A stretch of DNA of 64,000 nucleotides from contig CALMWK010000125.1 in NCBI GenBank assembly GCA_937873375.1, positions 24,870 through 88,869 of the forward strand. The letters run 5' to 3'. This document shows, piece after piece, positions 8,508 through 18,998 of this stretch. Within the stretch, counting starts at the first letter, position 1; every line of letters starts with the position of its first letter. The translations under genes were made by a program, and so were the position numbers. Source of the DNA: Candidatus Bathyarchaeota archaeon. GTDB taxonomy: Archaea > Thermoproteota > Bathyarchaeia > Bathyarchaeales > Bathycorpusculaceae. The notes beneath the pieces were generated by a model, which was not told where the DNA came from, made no database searches, and worked only from the letters and a program-made list of their open reading frames with translations.

Positions 8508-9092
8508 ATGTCAGAAATCGGTTTAAGAACAAGAATGCTCGTCAAAGACGCCATGAGTAGCCCCGTTGTAACCACAGATGAACAGGTGCCCACGGACAAA
8601 ATCGCCAAACTAATGGACAAAAACAGCTTGGGATGCGTCATAGTTACCAACAAAGAAGGGAAGGCGCTTGGCATAATAACCGAACGCGACCTAGTGATGC
8701 GTGTTCTGGCTAAGAACCTTCAACCTGCCGCTGTAAAAGCCAAAGAGGCTATGACCGCGCCGTTAGCCACCATAGAGCCTGAAGCAACCATAAGTGATGC
8801 TGCGAGACGCATGAGCAGGTTAGACATCAGAAGACTGGGCGTAATCTACAAAGGTGACTTGGTGGGGCTAATTTCAAGCAAAGACATACTTGGCGTAATG
8901 CCTGAACTCATCGAAATAATACAAGAGAAGTCCCGAATCGAAGGTGCAAACGCATCCGAAGAAACCACAGAAGAAGAAACCCCTCTTTCTGGTTACTGCG
9001 ACCGCTGCGGAATCTACTCAGAGGACCTAAAAGACGAAAACGGACAGTTCCTGTGCGAGGACTGCCGCATCGAAGTAGAAGGCGAAAAATAA
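8508..9092 (+). CDS. CBS-domain pair protein with C-terminal zinc ribbon
   Basis: Two CBS-like repeats (VKDAMSSPVVT..., AKEAMTAPLATI...) and a C-terminal CDRCG...CEDC. Confidence 0.75.
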   Translation: MSEIGLRTRMLVKDAMSSPVVTTDEQVPTDKIAKLMDKNSLGCVIVTNKEGKALGIITERDLVMRVLAKNLQPAAVKAKEAMTAPLATIEPEATISDAARRMSRLDIRRLGVIYKGDLVGLISSKDILGVMPELIEIIQEKSRIEGANASEETTEEETPLSGYCDRCGIYSEDLKDENGQFLCEDCRIEVEGEK

Positions 9093-9182
9093 CAGCCAGT
9101 CTTCATCCGGTGCAGCGGGTTTCCTGCTTGCATAAGCAAATAAACTACTTCTTCCCTTATTCACCAAAAGAGCGCGTTCAAC

Positions 9183-10529
9183 TTGATTGCTGACTTTGTA
9201 CTGAACAACGCCAAAGCATACCTCAAACAGGGCATAGTTGACTGCAGCATCGCAGTGGAAGATGGCAAAATCTTCAAAATCGGCAAAGAAACCCACATGT
9301 CCAAAGCCGAAGAAAAAACTGACCTGCACAACCTCTTGGTTTTGCCCGGCGTGATTGATTCTCATGTGCATCTTCGCGACGAAGAAAAAGCCTACAAAGA
9401 AACTTTTCTCACTGGAACTGCAGCGGCAGCCGCAGGTGGAGTAACCACTGTTTTGGACATGCCAAACAATACGCCTGTGACTATGAGCGCCCAGACCCTG
9501 CGGAACCGTTTGCAGCTTGCTAAACGGCTGGTCCTTGTTAATGTTGGTTTTTACTCCGAGTTCCCCAAAAACTTGAACGAACCCAAAGAAATAGTTGCTG
9601 AGGGCGCGGTCGGCTTCAAACTTTTCATGGCAGAACAAGTCGGCGGACTAAACATCGACGACGATGAAGCTTTGAAAGAAGCTTTCAAGAAAACCGCTGA
9701 GTTAAACGTTCCCGTTGCGGTTCACGCAGAAGACCACAGGCTGCTGAAAAAAGCCATAGAAAAACTCAAGTTGGCTAAACGCCACGACTTAACTGCTTTC
9801 CTTAAGGCGCACAACGAAAACGTGGAATATGCAGCCGTCAAACGTTTGCTTGACATAAACGCGCAAGTTGGCAATCACCTGCATTTCTGTCACCTCAGCA
9901 CTGAAAAAGGCTTGGACGCGGTGGCTGAAGCAAAAAAAGCTGACCAAAAAGTGACGTGTGAGGTGACGCCGCATCATCTCCTGCTGACAAAAGAGGCCTA
10001 TGAAAGTTTAGGTGTGAAAGCTGTGACTATGCCGCCGTTGCGCAGCAGAGAAAACGTGGAGGCACTCTGGAGAGGCGTAACCGAAGAAACAGTTGACCTC
10101 ATAGGCTCTGACCATGCGCCGCACACTTTGGAAGAAAAGGATGCAAACAGCATCTGGGACGTCAAAGTTGGCGTACCAGGTCTAGAAACTACGCTTCCTC
10201 TCATGTTAACCATGGTGCATAAGAAACGCCTGTCCCTTGACCGCGCTGTTCAGTTGCTTACAGAGAAACCCGCAGAAATCTTCAACTTAAATGACAGAGG
10301 ATGTTTGGAGCAGGGGAAAAACGCGGATTTTGTGGTTGTAGATTTTAACCAGCGATTCAAAATAGACGCCTCAAAATTCCAGTCGAAAGCGAAGTTTTCT
10401 CCTTTTAACGGTTGGGAAGCGCAAGGCAAACCCGTGAAAACTTTTGTGAACGGGCAGTTAGTTATGGATGAGCAGCGCATTGTGGCGAAACCTGGAAGCG
10501 GCAGCGTTGTTCGGAGAGCGCAAACGTGA
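9183..10529 (+). CDS. pyrC: dihydroorotase
   Basis: Amidohydrolase metal motif GVIDSHVHLRD, plus GGVTTVLDMPNT and the later GSDHAPH. TTG start in the track. Confidence 0.85.
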   Translation: MIADFVLNNAKAYLKQGIVDCSIAVEDGKIFKIGKETHMSKAEEKTDLHNLLVLPGVIDSHVHLRDEEKAYKETFLTGTAAAAAGGVTTVLDMPNNTPVTMSAQTLRNRLQLAKRLVLVNVGFYSEFPKNLNEPKEIVAEGAVGFKLFMAEQVGGLNIDDDEALKEAFKKTAELNVPVAVHAEDHRLLKKAIEKLKLAKRHDLTAFLKAHNENVEYAAVKRLLDINAQVGNHLHFCHLSTEKGLDAVAEAKKADQKVTCEVTPHHLLLTKEAYESLGVKAVTMPPLRSRENVEALWRGVTEETVDLIGSDHAPHTLEEKDANSIWDVKVGVPGLETTLPLMLTMVHKKRLSLDRAVQLLTEKPAEIFNLNDRGCLEQGKNADFVVVDFNQRFKIDASKFQSKAKFSPFNGWEAQGKPVKTFVNGQLVMDEQRIVAKPGSGSVVRRAQT

Positions 10530-11011
10530 ATTTCATCGTGGACGGCATGCTGGGGACACTTGTCCGATGGCTCCGCATGATGGGGCACGACGTCAAATAC
10601 TCCACGGAACTGAAGGACATAGAGCTACTTTTAATTGCCAAAACAGAGAAGCGTGTTCTTCTCACAAGAGACCTGGCGCTGTTCCAGCAGGCTACTGTCA
10701 AGGGCGTTGAAGCGTACTACGTGGAAGGAACCAACGAACCGGAAAGACTCTCTGAATTAGCAAAACGATTCAACATTGCTCTGACGATTGACTTGGAAAA
10801 CTCGCGATGCCCAAAATGCAACACAAAACTATCGGCTGTGCCCAAACAAGAAATCGCTGATAAAGTGGAAAAGAACACTCTCAAGCATTATGATGATTTT
10901 TGGTTGTGCCCCAACTGTGGGCATGTGTATTGGCAGGGTGCACACTGGGCAAAAATCCGTACCACTCTCAAAGAAGCAGAAGAAAAACTAGAAAAGAAAG
11001 TTGAAGTTTAG
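10526..11011 (+). CDS. Mut7-C/DUF82 PIN-like RNase domain protein with zinc ribbon
   Basis: [22 protein letters not shown]-terminus and CPKCN...CPNCG. Its start overlaps the pyrC stop (GTGA). Confidence 0.75.
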   Translation: MNFIVDGMLGTLVRWLRMMGHDVKYSTELKDIELLLIAKTEKRVLLTRDLALFQQATVKGVEAYYVEGTNEPERLSELAKRFNIALTIDLENSRCPKCNTKLSAVPKQEIADKVEKNTLKHYDDFWLCPNCGHVYWQGAHWAKIRTTLKEAEEKLEKKVEV

Positions 11012-11262
11012 ACTGCAAGCCATTTGAGCGGAATATCTTGGAAGGTTCCGTCAGGCAACGTTCTCCTGATGGTAATCGGTAAGATGCCTGCTTCAAGCTC
11101 AGCCATTGCAATGTCAATTGGGCTGGAAAGGCGTTCGTCGACTTCAATCAGGATTGGCGCACCCATGCTGATTTGCAAACTTCGAGCGCCGACGATTCTG
11201 GCTCTTTCAAAGCGTGTAGTTTTTGGGGGACCAACAACGATTTTTTCTTGTGCTGCTGCCAT
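11008..11262 (-). CDS. rpoK: DNA-directed RNA polymerase subunit K (Rpo6)
   Basis: [21 protein letters not shown] is the conserved Rpo6/RpoK core. Confidence 0.9.
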   Translation of the reverse strand: MAAAQEKIVVGPPKTTRFERARIVGARSLQISMGAPILIEVDERLSSPIDIAMAELEAGILPITIRRTLPDGTFQDIPLKWLAV

Positions 11263-11264
11263 GT

Positions 11265-12932
11265 TTAGAATCCTCCCATTCCGCCCATGCCGCCGCCCAT
11301 ACCTGGGGGCATACCGCCGCCTGGTGGCATTGGGGGTGACCTCATCTTTTCAGATGCGATTACGTCGTCGATTTTAATTATAAGCATAGCTGCTTCAGAT
11401 GCGGATTTTATGATTTGCTTTTTGACGGTTATGGGTTCGAAGACGCCAGCTTTGGACATGTCTTGAACTTTGCCAGATAAGACTTCTATTCCAGCCCAAG
11501 TTTCGCCTTTTTCATGTCTGGACCGTAATTCGGAGAGGATGTCGATGGGGTCTAAGCCTGCGTTCTCGGTGAGCGTTATGGCGATTGCTTCCAGTCCTTC
11601 AGCGAAGGCTTTTACTGCGAGTTGTTCTCTTCCAGGCAAGGTTTCAGCGTATTGCTTGAGTACCTTGGACATTTCGAGCTCGGGGGCGCTGCCGCCAGCA
11701 ACAATCTTTGGTTCTTGAATTATATCTCGAATTACGCATAGGGCATCGTGGATTGAGCGTTCGGTCTCGGCGTTCATGCGCGGGGTTCCGCCTCGGATGA
11801 GGATGGTGACTGCTTTGGGGTTTTTGCATCCTTCAATGAATGTCATTTTGTCTTCGGCGATTTTGCGTTCTTCAACCAGCGCCGCATATCCTAAGTCCGC
11901 CGAGGTGATATCGTCTAAGTTGGTGATTATTTTTGCGCCTGTAGCTTTGGCGAGTTTCTCAATATCTGACTTTTTAGCTCTGCGAATCGCAACTATATTC
12001 TTCCTCGCGAGGAAATGTTGCACCATGTCATCGATGCCTTTTTGGCAGATAACAACATTTGCGCCTGACGCAACTATCTTGTCAACCATGCTTTTGAGCA
12101 TACTTTCTTCTTGCTGGAGAAACGCCTCTATCTGGTCAGGGCTGTCTATGTTGATTTTTGCGTCAAACTCGGTTTTCTCAATCTCTAAAGAAGTGTCAAG
12201 TAAAGCGATTTTGGCTTTCTCCACCCGCTTGGACATACCTGAGTGAACGAGTTCTTTGTCAAGAACTATGCCGTTTATGAGGCTGGTGTCTCTGAGGGAT
12301 TCGCCTGTTTTCTTTTCCACTCGTACATCGTCAACGTCTGCTTTGTAGGAGCCGTTTTCTTTTTCGGCAACTGCAAGCATTGCTTTGACAACTATGTCAG
12401 CAAGGTATTCTTTGTGTTCTGCTACGAGTTTGCTTGCCATGGATGTAACGGCAACTTTTTTGAGTTGTTCCTTGTTTTTCAGATCTATGGGCATGGCTAT
12501 TTTCTCAAGGGTTTCCAAGGCTTTGGTTTGAGCTAAGGAGTAGCCGTCGATTATGACGTTTGGGTGAATGTTTTTCTCTATGAGTTCTTCGGCTTTGCTG
12601 AGAAGTTCGCCTGCGATTACGACGGCGGATGTGGTTCCGTCGCCTGCCTCGTTATCCTGAGTCTTGGCAACTTCGACCAGCATCTTAGCCGCAGGATTTT
12701 GAACGTCCATTTCGTCTAGAATTGTGCGTCCGTCGCTGGTTACGGTTACGTCGCCGAAGCTGTCAACAAGCATTTTATCCATGCCTTTTGGACCTAAGGC
12801 GCTTCTGACGCTTTCAGCTACGATTTTAGCGGCGGTTATGTTTGTGTGTTGAGCTTCTCGTCCGCGAGAACGATTGGAGCCTTCTTTCAATATGAGAACT
12901 GGCACACCGCCAGCTTGTGTATTTGATGACAA
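11265..12932 (-). CDS. ths: thermosome subunit (group II chaperonin)
   Basis: [35 protein letters not shown]-type motifs and a GGM-rich C-terminal tail. TTG start. Confidence 0.95.
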   Translation of the reverse strand: MSSNTQAGGVPVLILKEGSNRSRGREAQHTNITAAKIVAESVRSALGPKGMDKMLVDSFGDVTVTSDGRTILDEMDVQNPAAKMLVEVAKTQDNEAGDGTTSAVVIAGELLSKAEELIEKNIHPNVIIDGYSLAQTKALETLEKIAMPIDLKNKEQLKKVAVTSMASKLVAEHKEYLADIVVKAMLAVAEKENGSYKADVDDVRVEKKTGESLRDTSLINGIVLDKELVHSGMSKRVEKAKIALLDTSLEIEKTEFDAKINIDSPDQIEAFLQQEESMLKSMVDKIVASGANVVICQKGIDDMVQHFLARKNIVAIRRAKKSDIEKLAKATGAKIITNLDDITSADLGYAALVEERKIAEDKMTFIEGCKNPKAVTILIRGGTPRMNAETERSIHDALCVIRDIIQEPKIVAGGSAPELEMSKVLKQYAETLPGREQLAVKAFAEGLEAIAITLTENAGLDPIDILSELRSRHEKGETWAGIEVLSGKVQDMSKAGVFEPITVKKQIIKSASEAAMLIIKIDDVIASEKMRSPPMPPGGGMPPGMGGGMGGMGGF

Positions 12933-13085
12933 ATCCTATAAACCCCTTAGTGCGAACTTACAACAAAACGTCCTTGGCATATAAGTTTTTCTAAAAAATG
13001 TTATGCCTGCTTATGCTGAAAATAGGCATTTCTATGTGGTTTGCTATGTTAATGTGTAATGGCGTTTGGGAGGTTGTTGTGGGGG

Positions 13086-13589
13086 CTAGTAAACGGCAAC
13101 TTTGGCTACACCGTCAATTTTTAGCAGCTCATTTATGAGGTCGCCCGGGATTTTTTTCTCCACAATCAAAGTGAGTTTGGGTTCGGGTGAAAGTTCAGGG
13201 TCGTCTACGATTGCTTGCCGTATGCTTAAGCCGCCGTTGGTGAGGACCATGGCTGAGTTTGCGAGGATACCGTGGGCTTTTGCGTCAACAGGGGTGATTT
13301 CGACTACGCCGAGGTTGAGGTGCTTGGCAATTTCCTTTAGCGAGTGCCCTGCGGGTCGTATGTCCTCGAATATTATTCTGAGGTCACGGTTGGCTTTTAT
13401 GATGTTGACGGTTTCGTTTACGGTGCGGCGGTCTACGTTGGCAACACGAGCGATGCGTACGGGCGGGATTTCGATTTGGTTAAGGCAGATTTTTCCGTTT
13501 TTGACGTTTAGTCCGTTTTCTACGAGTACGCGGGCTACTTTTAGCCGTTCAGGGTAGTCTTGTAGTTGTTTTTTGATTGTGTTCCACAT
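13086..13589 (-). CDS. ACT-domain regulator of amino acid metabolism (COG2150-like)
   Basis: N-terminal HTH-like region and C-terminal ACT-like region. Divergent from trpB2. The start is probably the MWNT methionine rather than the track start at 13664. Confidence 0.55.
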   Translation of the reverse strand: MWNTIKKQLQDYPERLKVARVLVENGLNVKNGKICLNQIEIPPVRIARVANVDRRTVNETVNIIKANRDLRIIFEDIRPAGHSLKEIAKHLNLGVVEITPVDAKAHGILANSAMVLTNGGLSIRQAIVDDPELSPEPKLTLIVEKKIPGDLINELLKIDGVAKVAVY

Positions 13590-13703
13590 GCAAGGGTTTC
13601 CTTGTGTGTATGTTTTTGTACAGTAACGCATAAATATGTTCCCGTATGTGTTGGTATTCAACACGTAATAATTGCATATACTCTGTAAAGGTGTAAAAAA
13701 AAC

Positions 13704-15116
13704 ATGCCAATCAGAAAAATACTTTTACCCGAGGACGACCTGCCAAAACAATGGTACAACATAGCTCCAGACCTACCAAAACCAATGCCCCCATTCATTG
13801 ACCCAGTGACCCATGAGCCAGGCGTCGGAATTGTCCCCAGAATATTCCCCAAAGCAATCATCGGTCAAGAACTAAGCCAAGAACGATGGATTGACATACC
13901 TGAAGAAGTAAGGGAAGTCTACAAACTTTGGAGACCCAGCCCACTCTACCGAGCAGTCAACTTGGAGAAGGCGCTGAAGACACCGGCAAAAATCTACTAC
14001 AAATACGAAGGTGTGAGCCCAGCAGGCAGTCACAAACCCAACACCGCCGTACCTCAAGCATACTACAACATGAAAGAAGGCACCAAGCGTTTGACCACGG
14101 AAACAGGCGCAGGCCAATGGGGTTCCGCTTTGTCATTTGCCGCCGCAATGTTTGGGCTGAAAGCAACCGTTTACATGGTCCGCGCAAGCTACGACCAGAA
14201 ACCGTACCGTAAAATGATGATGCACGCGTTTGGAGGAGAATGCTATGCAAGCCCCAGCAATAAGACCGAGGCAGGCAGAAAAATCCTCGCAGAAGACCCA
14301 AACAGCACAGGCAGCTTAGGTATCGCCATCAGCGAAGCAGTAGAAGATGCACTGGTTAACGAAGAGGAAGCCAACTACGCCATAGGCAGCGTCTTCAACC
14401 ATGTTCTCATACACCAAACTGTTGAAGGCTTAGAAACCAAGAAACAGCTTGAGTTGGTTGATGACTACCCCGATGTTATTTACGGCTGCATAGGCGGAGG
14501 AAGCAGCTACTCTGGACTCATCTGGCCATTCTACTACGACAAAGTTTCCAAGAAAGCACCAAAAGAAACGAAGTTCATCGCCACCGAAGCTACAGCTTGT
14601 CCAAAAGTCACCAAAGGCCAATACATCTACGACCACGGAGACACCGCAGGGATAACGCCTCTAGTTCCAATGCACACACTAGGCCACGATTTCATACCCG
14701 CACCAATTCACGCAGGTGGACTCCGCTATCACGGAATCGCCCCAACCATAAGTATACTAACTCAAGCAAATCAAATGACAACCGAAGCCTACAACCAGAT
14801 AGACGTCTTCGACGCAGCGAAACTGTTCATACAAACCGAAGGCATAATACCAGCCCCTGAACCGTCACACGCAATCAAAGGCGCCATCGACGAAGCCCTA
14901 AGATGCAAACAAACAGGCGAGGCAAAAACCATACTCTTTGTGCTTTGCGGTCACGGCCACTTTGACATGGCAGCCTACGACGAATACTTCAACGGCAACC
15001 TTAAGCCATATGAGTACCCAACAGAGAAAGTCGCGGAATCTATGGATAAACTCCACAAACTGTATCCGTGGCTGGACACTGTCAACAAGAAGTACATCAG
15101 CTGCGAACCATACTAA
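13704..15116 (+). CDS. trpB2: TrpB2-type tryptophan synthase beta-like PLP enzyme
   Basis: N-terminal extension [13 protein letters not shown] is typical of TrpB2. PLP-lysine region [11 protein letters not shown] and CIGGGSS are present. Confidence 0.85.
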   Translation: MPIRKILLPEDDLPKQWYNIAPDLPKPMPPFIDPVTHEPGVGIVPRIFPKAIIGQELSQERWIDIPEEVREVYKLWRPSPLYRAVNLEKALKTPAKIYYKYEGVSPAGSHKPNTAVPQAYYNMKEGTKRLTTETGAGQWGSALSFAAAMFGLKATVYMVRASYDQKPYRKMMMHAFGGECYASPSNKTEAGRKILAEDPNSTGSLGIAISEAVEDALVNEEEANYAIGSVFNHVLIHQTVEGLETKKQLELVDDYPDVIYGCIGGGSSYSGLIWPFYYDKVSKKAPKETKFIATEATACPKVTKGQYIYDHGDTAGITPLVPMHTLGHDFIPAPIHAGGLRYHGIAPTISILTQANQMTTEAYNQIDVFDAAKLFIQTEGIIPAPEPSHAIKGAIDEALRCKQTGEAKTILFVLCGHGHFDMAAYDEYFNGNLKPYEYPTEKVAESMDKLHKLYPWLDTVNKKYISCEPY

Positions 15117-15214
15117 GCGCAAAAAATTGACCACGTCTTGTGGTCTACCCTTTCCATTTTGTTTCATTTTTTTACTGTTTTATTTTTATGATTCAAACCT
15201 TATAGTATTAGCGA

Positions 15215-16390
15215 GTGGAACTGACGCTCCCTATGAACCCAGAAAAAAAGCCAACATCGAGCCCTGCAAGTGAGATTCCAGTAAAAACAGTTGGGTTAAT
15301 TGTGAACCCAATAGCTGGTATGGGAGGCGCTGTTGGACTCAAAGGAACCGACGGAAAAACAATCCTAAACCAAGCCCGCTCTCTGGGAGCAAAGCCAATT
15401 GCCCCTGCCAGAGCAGAAGCCTTTTTGTCCGGGTTAAGCCCTGCTAAAAATCACCTGAAACTGGTGGTTGGCGCGGGAGCCATGGGAGAAGACCAAGCTG
15501 AACGCTGCGGCTTCGCCTACAAGGTTGTTGGGGAAAGAAAAAAGGAAACCAGTGCAAAGGACACGCAGGCAACTGCCAAAAAAATCAAGGAATCGGGTGT
15601 TGACTTGCTGGTTTTCTGTGGTGGAGATGGCACAGCCAGAGACGTATTCACAGCCGCGGATATGGAGCTTCCAGTGTTGGGTGTTCCCACAGGGGTTAAG
15701 ATGCACAGCGCCGTTTTCGCGGTTACGCCTGCAGCCGCCGCCAGAGCAACCCTGCGTTTCTTGTGGGCTGCGTTGCCCCTGAGGGAGGCTGAGGTGATGG
15801 ATATTGATGAAGTTGCCTTCAGAGAAGGGCATGTTTCAGCGAAACTTTATGGTTATGTTTTGACGCCTTATGAACCGCATTTGATTCAAGCGAATAAGGT
15901 GGCAAGCCCGATGACTGAAGATGAAGTGCGCAATCAAGCAGCCATAGCAATCTACATTATCGAAAACATGAAACCCGAAGTATTGTACATTGTTGGTCCG
16001 GGAACGTCGACTCGCACAGTTGGGGACCTTTTAGACGAGAAGAAGACCCTGTTGGGTGTAGACCTCTTCTACAACAAAAAAATAGTTGCCAGAGACGTGA
16101 ACGAGAAACAAATACTGGAGTACATACAAGGGAAAACCGCCAGAATCATCGTGACGCCCATTGGTGGCCAAGGCTTCATTTTTGGAAGAGGAAACCAGCA
16201 GATAAGCGCCAAAGTTATTCGGCAAGTGGGCTTAGACAACATACGCGTCATTGCGACGGAGAGTAAACTGCGGAGCCTGAGAAACCTGAAAGTGGACACG
16301 GGCGACCCAAATATGGATAACACGCTCAGAGCACACACTTTCAGAGTCCTTTCAGACTACAAAACCGAGCGCCCCATACAAGTTGAATAA
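15215..16390 (+). CDS. ATP-NAD kinase-like protein (COG3199 family)
   Basis: NPIAGMGG and the diacylglycerol/NAD kinase motif FCGGDGTARD. Confidence 0.65.
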   Translation: MELTLPMNPEKKPTSSPASEIPVKTVGLIVNPIAGMGGAVGLKGTDGKTILNQARSLGAKPIAPARAEAFLSGLSPAKNHLKLVVGAGAMGEDQAERCGFAYKVVGERKKETSAKDTQATAKKIKESGVDLLVFCGGDGTARDVFTAADMELPVLGVPTGVKMHSAVFAVTPAAAARATLRFLWAALPLREAEVMDIDEVAFREGHVSAKLYGYVLTPYEPHLIQANKVASPMTEDEVRNQAAIAIYIIENMKPEVLYIVGPGTSTRTVGDLLDEKKTLLGVDLFYNKKIVARDVNEKQILEYIQGKTARIIVTPIGGQGFIFGRGNQQISAKVIRQVGLDNIRVIATESKLRSLRNLKVDTGDPNMDNTLRAHTFRVLSDYKTERPIQVE

Positions 16391-16484
16391 GGAAGCTTCC
16401 GCTTACGTGGCTCTGCGTTGGCGGTAGCTAAATTGAAATATAGCAGTTCACGAATCTACTCTGAAACAAGCTGAGGCGCAAAAA

Positions 16485-17588
16485 GTGATTCCGATTAACC
16501 TGCCCAAAATTGGGGAAGAAGAAGTTGAAGCCGTCGTCAAAGTCCTGCGAAGCGGCATAGTCACAAGTGCACTGGGCGCAGGACCCATGGTCACAACTTT
16601 TGAGAAAAACTACGCCAAATTTGCAGGCGTAAAACATGCAATAGCAGTTAACACGGGTACAGCAGCGTTGCACATGGCTGTTGTGGCAGCGGGCGTGAAG
16701 GCAGGGGATGAGGTGATTTTGCCAAGTTTCACTTTTGTAGCCACCGCAGAAGCGGTTGTCATGGCGGGCGGTAAACCCGTGTTCACCGACATCGACCCTG
16801 AAACATACTGTCTCTCTCCAGCTGCCGTAGAAAAAGCAGTAACCAAAAAAACAAAGGTTATCTTACCTGTGGATCTATACGGCTGGCCAGCTGACATCAA
16901 GCCGCTGAGGGAAATTGCCGCCAAACACAACTTAGCCATTGTCGAAGACGCAGCACAAGCTCATGGGGCAACCCGAAGCGGGAAACCCGCGGGTGCTTTT
17001 GCGGATATGGCGTGTTGGAGTCTTTACGCAAGCAAAAACATGACCACTGGTGAAGGCGGTGTTGTAACTACTGATAGCGATGAGTTGGCTGAAAAGTTGC
17101 ATATGTTGCGGACGCATGGGGAGAAAGCGAAGTATTCCTCGGAGATGCTTGGTTATAATTATCGCATGCCTGAAATTGAAGCTGCCATAGGGTTGGTTCA
17201 GTTGGAGAAATTGCCCAGCTTTGTGGCTTCGCGTCGTGCACACGCCAAAAGACTCAGCGAGATCCTTTCAAAAAATGAGCGCCTAAAGCGGCCTGTGGAG
17301 CCGCAAGGTGGATTGCATAGCTGGTACCTTTACACGGTTAGGCTCATGAACAGTGATGCGAAGGAGAGAAACCGAATCTTGGATGAAATGAAGAAGAAGG
17401 GCATCGGCGCAGAAGCCTACTACGTGAACCCTGTGCACCTTATGCCTTATTACCTGAACAGTTTTGGCGCGCGCAAGCTTCCTGAAACCGAAAAGGCATC
17501 TGAGCAAGTGTTCTCTTTGCCAGTTCACCCAAGAGTCACCGAAGAACAAGTGGTCGACATAGGTAAAACGCTACTTCAGCTCTTGTAG
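16485..17588 (+). CDS. DegT/DnrJ/EryC1/StrS-family PLP-dependent sugar aminotransferase
   Basis: Family-typical GTAALHMA, PSFTFVATA, AQAHGA and SLYASKNMTTGEGG (PLP lysine). Confidence 0.85.
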   Translation: MIPINLPKIGEEEVEAVVKVLRSGIVTSALGAGPMVTTFEKNYAKFAGVKHAIAVNTGTAALHMAVVAAGVKAGDEVILPSFTFVATAEAVVMAGGKPVFTDIDPETYCLSPAAVEKAVTKKTKVILPVDLYGWPADIKPLREIAAKHNLAIVEDAAQAHGATRSGKPAGAFADMACWSLYASKNMTTGEGGVVTTDSDELAEKLHMLRTHGEKAKYSSEMLGYNYRMPEIEAAIGLVQLEKLPSFVASRRAHAKRLSEILSKNERLKRPVEPQGGLHSWYLYTVRLMNSDAKERNRILDEMKKKGIGAEAYYVNPVHLMPYYLNSFGARKLPETEKASEQVFSLPVHPRVTEEQVVDIGKTLLQLL

Positions 17589-17740
17589 TGATTCAACCGT
17601 TGCACACTATGCCTCTGGCTGATATCTAAAAAGATGCAGATGGGCAAGTTTAGTGTAAGAGTTAAATACAGACTCGCATACTATGACTGCCTGTCCTGAA
17701 AAGTCGGGACGAATTTCTCGAAAACAGGAGAAGAAAAACT

Positions 17741-18127
17741 GTGAGTACCGAAGAAAACGTCTCCCGTATAAAAATAAAGTTTCTGATAGAGGGTTTAGGT
17801 GAAGCCGAAGGCGAATTTATGCGTTTCTTGGCGCCTCGAACAATAGAAACGTTAACCAGAAAACTGCCGTTAGAAGGTCGTGCAGCCCTCTATAAAGAAG
17901 AAATCTATTTTGAGATTCCAGTGAAAATGGGTGAAGAAAAAGCCAAACCAACTGTAGAAGTGGGCACTATAGCGTTTTGGCCTATGGGGGGCGCTTTATG
18001 CGTATTTTATGGACCGTCGCAACCCTACAGTCCCGTAAGTATCTTGGGCAAAATCACAAAGAACCTAGAGATTTTCAAACAGGTAAAAAGCGGAACCAGA
18101 ATCCGCGTTGAGGCTCTAGAAAGATAG
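17741..18127 (+). CDS. cyclophilin-like superfamily protein (COG2164-like)
   Basis: The pattern LAPRTIETLTRKLPLEG....GTIAFWPMGGALCVFYG resembles the TM1367-type cyclophilin-like family. GTG start. Confidence 0.5.
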   Translation: MSTEENVSRIKIKFLIEGLGEAEGEFMRFLAPRTIETLTRKLPLEGRAALYKEEIYFEIPVKMGEEKAKPTVEVGTIAFWPMGGALCVFYGPSQPYSPVSILGKITKNLEIFKQVKSGTRIRVEALER

Positions 18128-18595
18128 GGAGCTTTCGCGCCACATTTCCAAGAGCCGCGCGCACTCTTCTTTGACGCTTGCGTCTTGGCTCTTTTCTTTT
18201 AATTCTTCCAAGAAATCTATGCGCTTTTGTACTGTGCGCTTTTCTGAGTTGCCGCCGTAGTAGAGTTCTCCATCCAAATACTCTTTCATATGGTGCATCT
18301 TCTGCACGAGGAGGCTGGCGAAGTCAACAGGGTTTTCAACTGCGAATTTGTTGGCCCAGATGACCACTTCGGTTTCTCGGAGCTGGGTTAAGCCGTCAAT
18401 CTCCATTATCTGGCGGATGTAGGTTCGCAGAAGCTCGTAGGCTCCAGCGGTTTTTAGGAGTTCGAGGGCTTGGTTAACTTTCTCTACGAAAGCGGGGTTA
18501 CCCTTCACTGTTAGGTTGTGTTTGTAGCCTGCGTCTACGAGTTGCTTGGCTTGTTTAACTTCTTCTTCAGTGTAGACTCTTTCTGGAAACTCCAA
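18116..18595 (-). CDS. hypothetical protein
   Basis: 159-aa helical-looking ORF with no recognised family. Its 3' end overlaps the convergent 17741 gene by 12 nt. Confidence 0.45.
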   Translation of the reverse strand: MEFPERVYTEEEVKQAKQLVDAGYKHNLTVKGNPAFVEKVNQALELLKTAGAYELLRTYIRQIMEIDGLTQLRETEVVIWANKFAVENPVDFASLLVQKMHHMKEYLDGELYYGGNSEKRTVQKRIDFLEELKEKSQDASVKEECARLLEMWRESSLSF

Positions 18596-18650
18596 ACAGA
18601 ATTAACTCCTGCTTAGTAAAATGAAAAAACGGATTGAAATATGTTGGGAA

Positions 18651-18977
18651 TTACTCGCAGGGCTTGTAAACTTTGAGGCTGTGGCTTCCTGAAACCAGTT
18701 GCACGGCACCGTTTTGTTCTAGCTGTTTTAGGAATTCTTTGGCTGCGCTTATGCGGATGTTGAATTTTGTGGCTACGGCGTAAGGTGTCAGAACGGGCAT
18801 TCTCTTTATTTCGGCGACGTTTTTGTCGTTTTTTGCGTCAGGAGCAATTACGCCTATGGTTGTGCGTTTTTCCTTTGGTGCTCCTTTCTTCTCTTTCTTA
18901 TCTTTCGATGCGGCTTCGTCAGTTTTTTCTTGCTGCTTTTCCATCTGTTTCAAGCCGATTTTCTTTTTTCCACCCAT
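18651..18977 (-). CDS. rps25e: 30S ribosomal protein eS25
   Basis: Lys-rich N-terminus followed by a winged-helix part (VLTPYAVATKFNIRISAAKEFLKQLEQNGAV). Confidence 0.8.
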   Translation of the reverse strand: MGGKKKIGLKQMEKQQEKTDEAASKDKKEKKGAPKEKRTTIGVIAPDAKNDKNVAEIKRMPVLTPYAVATKFNIRISAAKEFLKQLEQNGAVQLVSGSHSLKVYKPCE

Positions 18978-18998
18978 GACTAGTCACTTTCCGCTAAT

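Noticed and set aside
9027-9638. 203-aa minus-strand ORF antisense to pyrC
   Set aside because: It is fully embedded in the dihydroorotase gene. The translation is Phe/Val/Gly-rich with no motif, so it is a shadow ORF.
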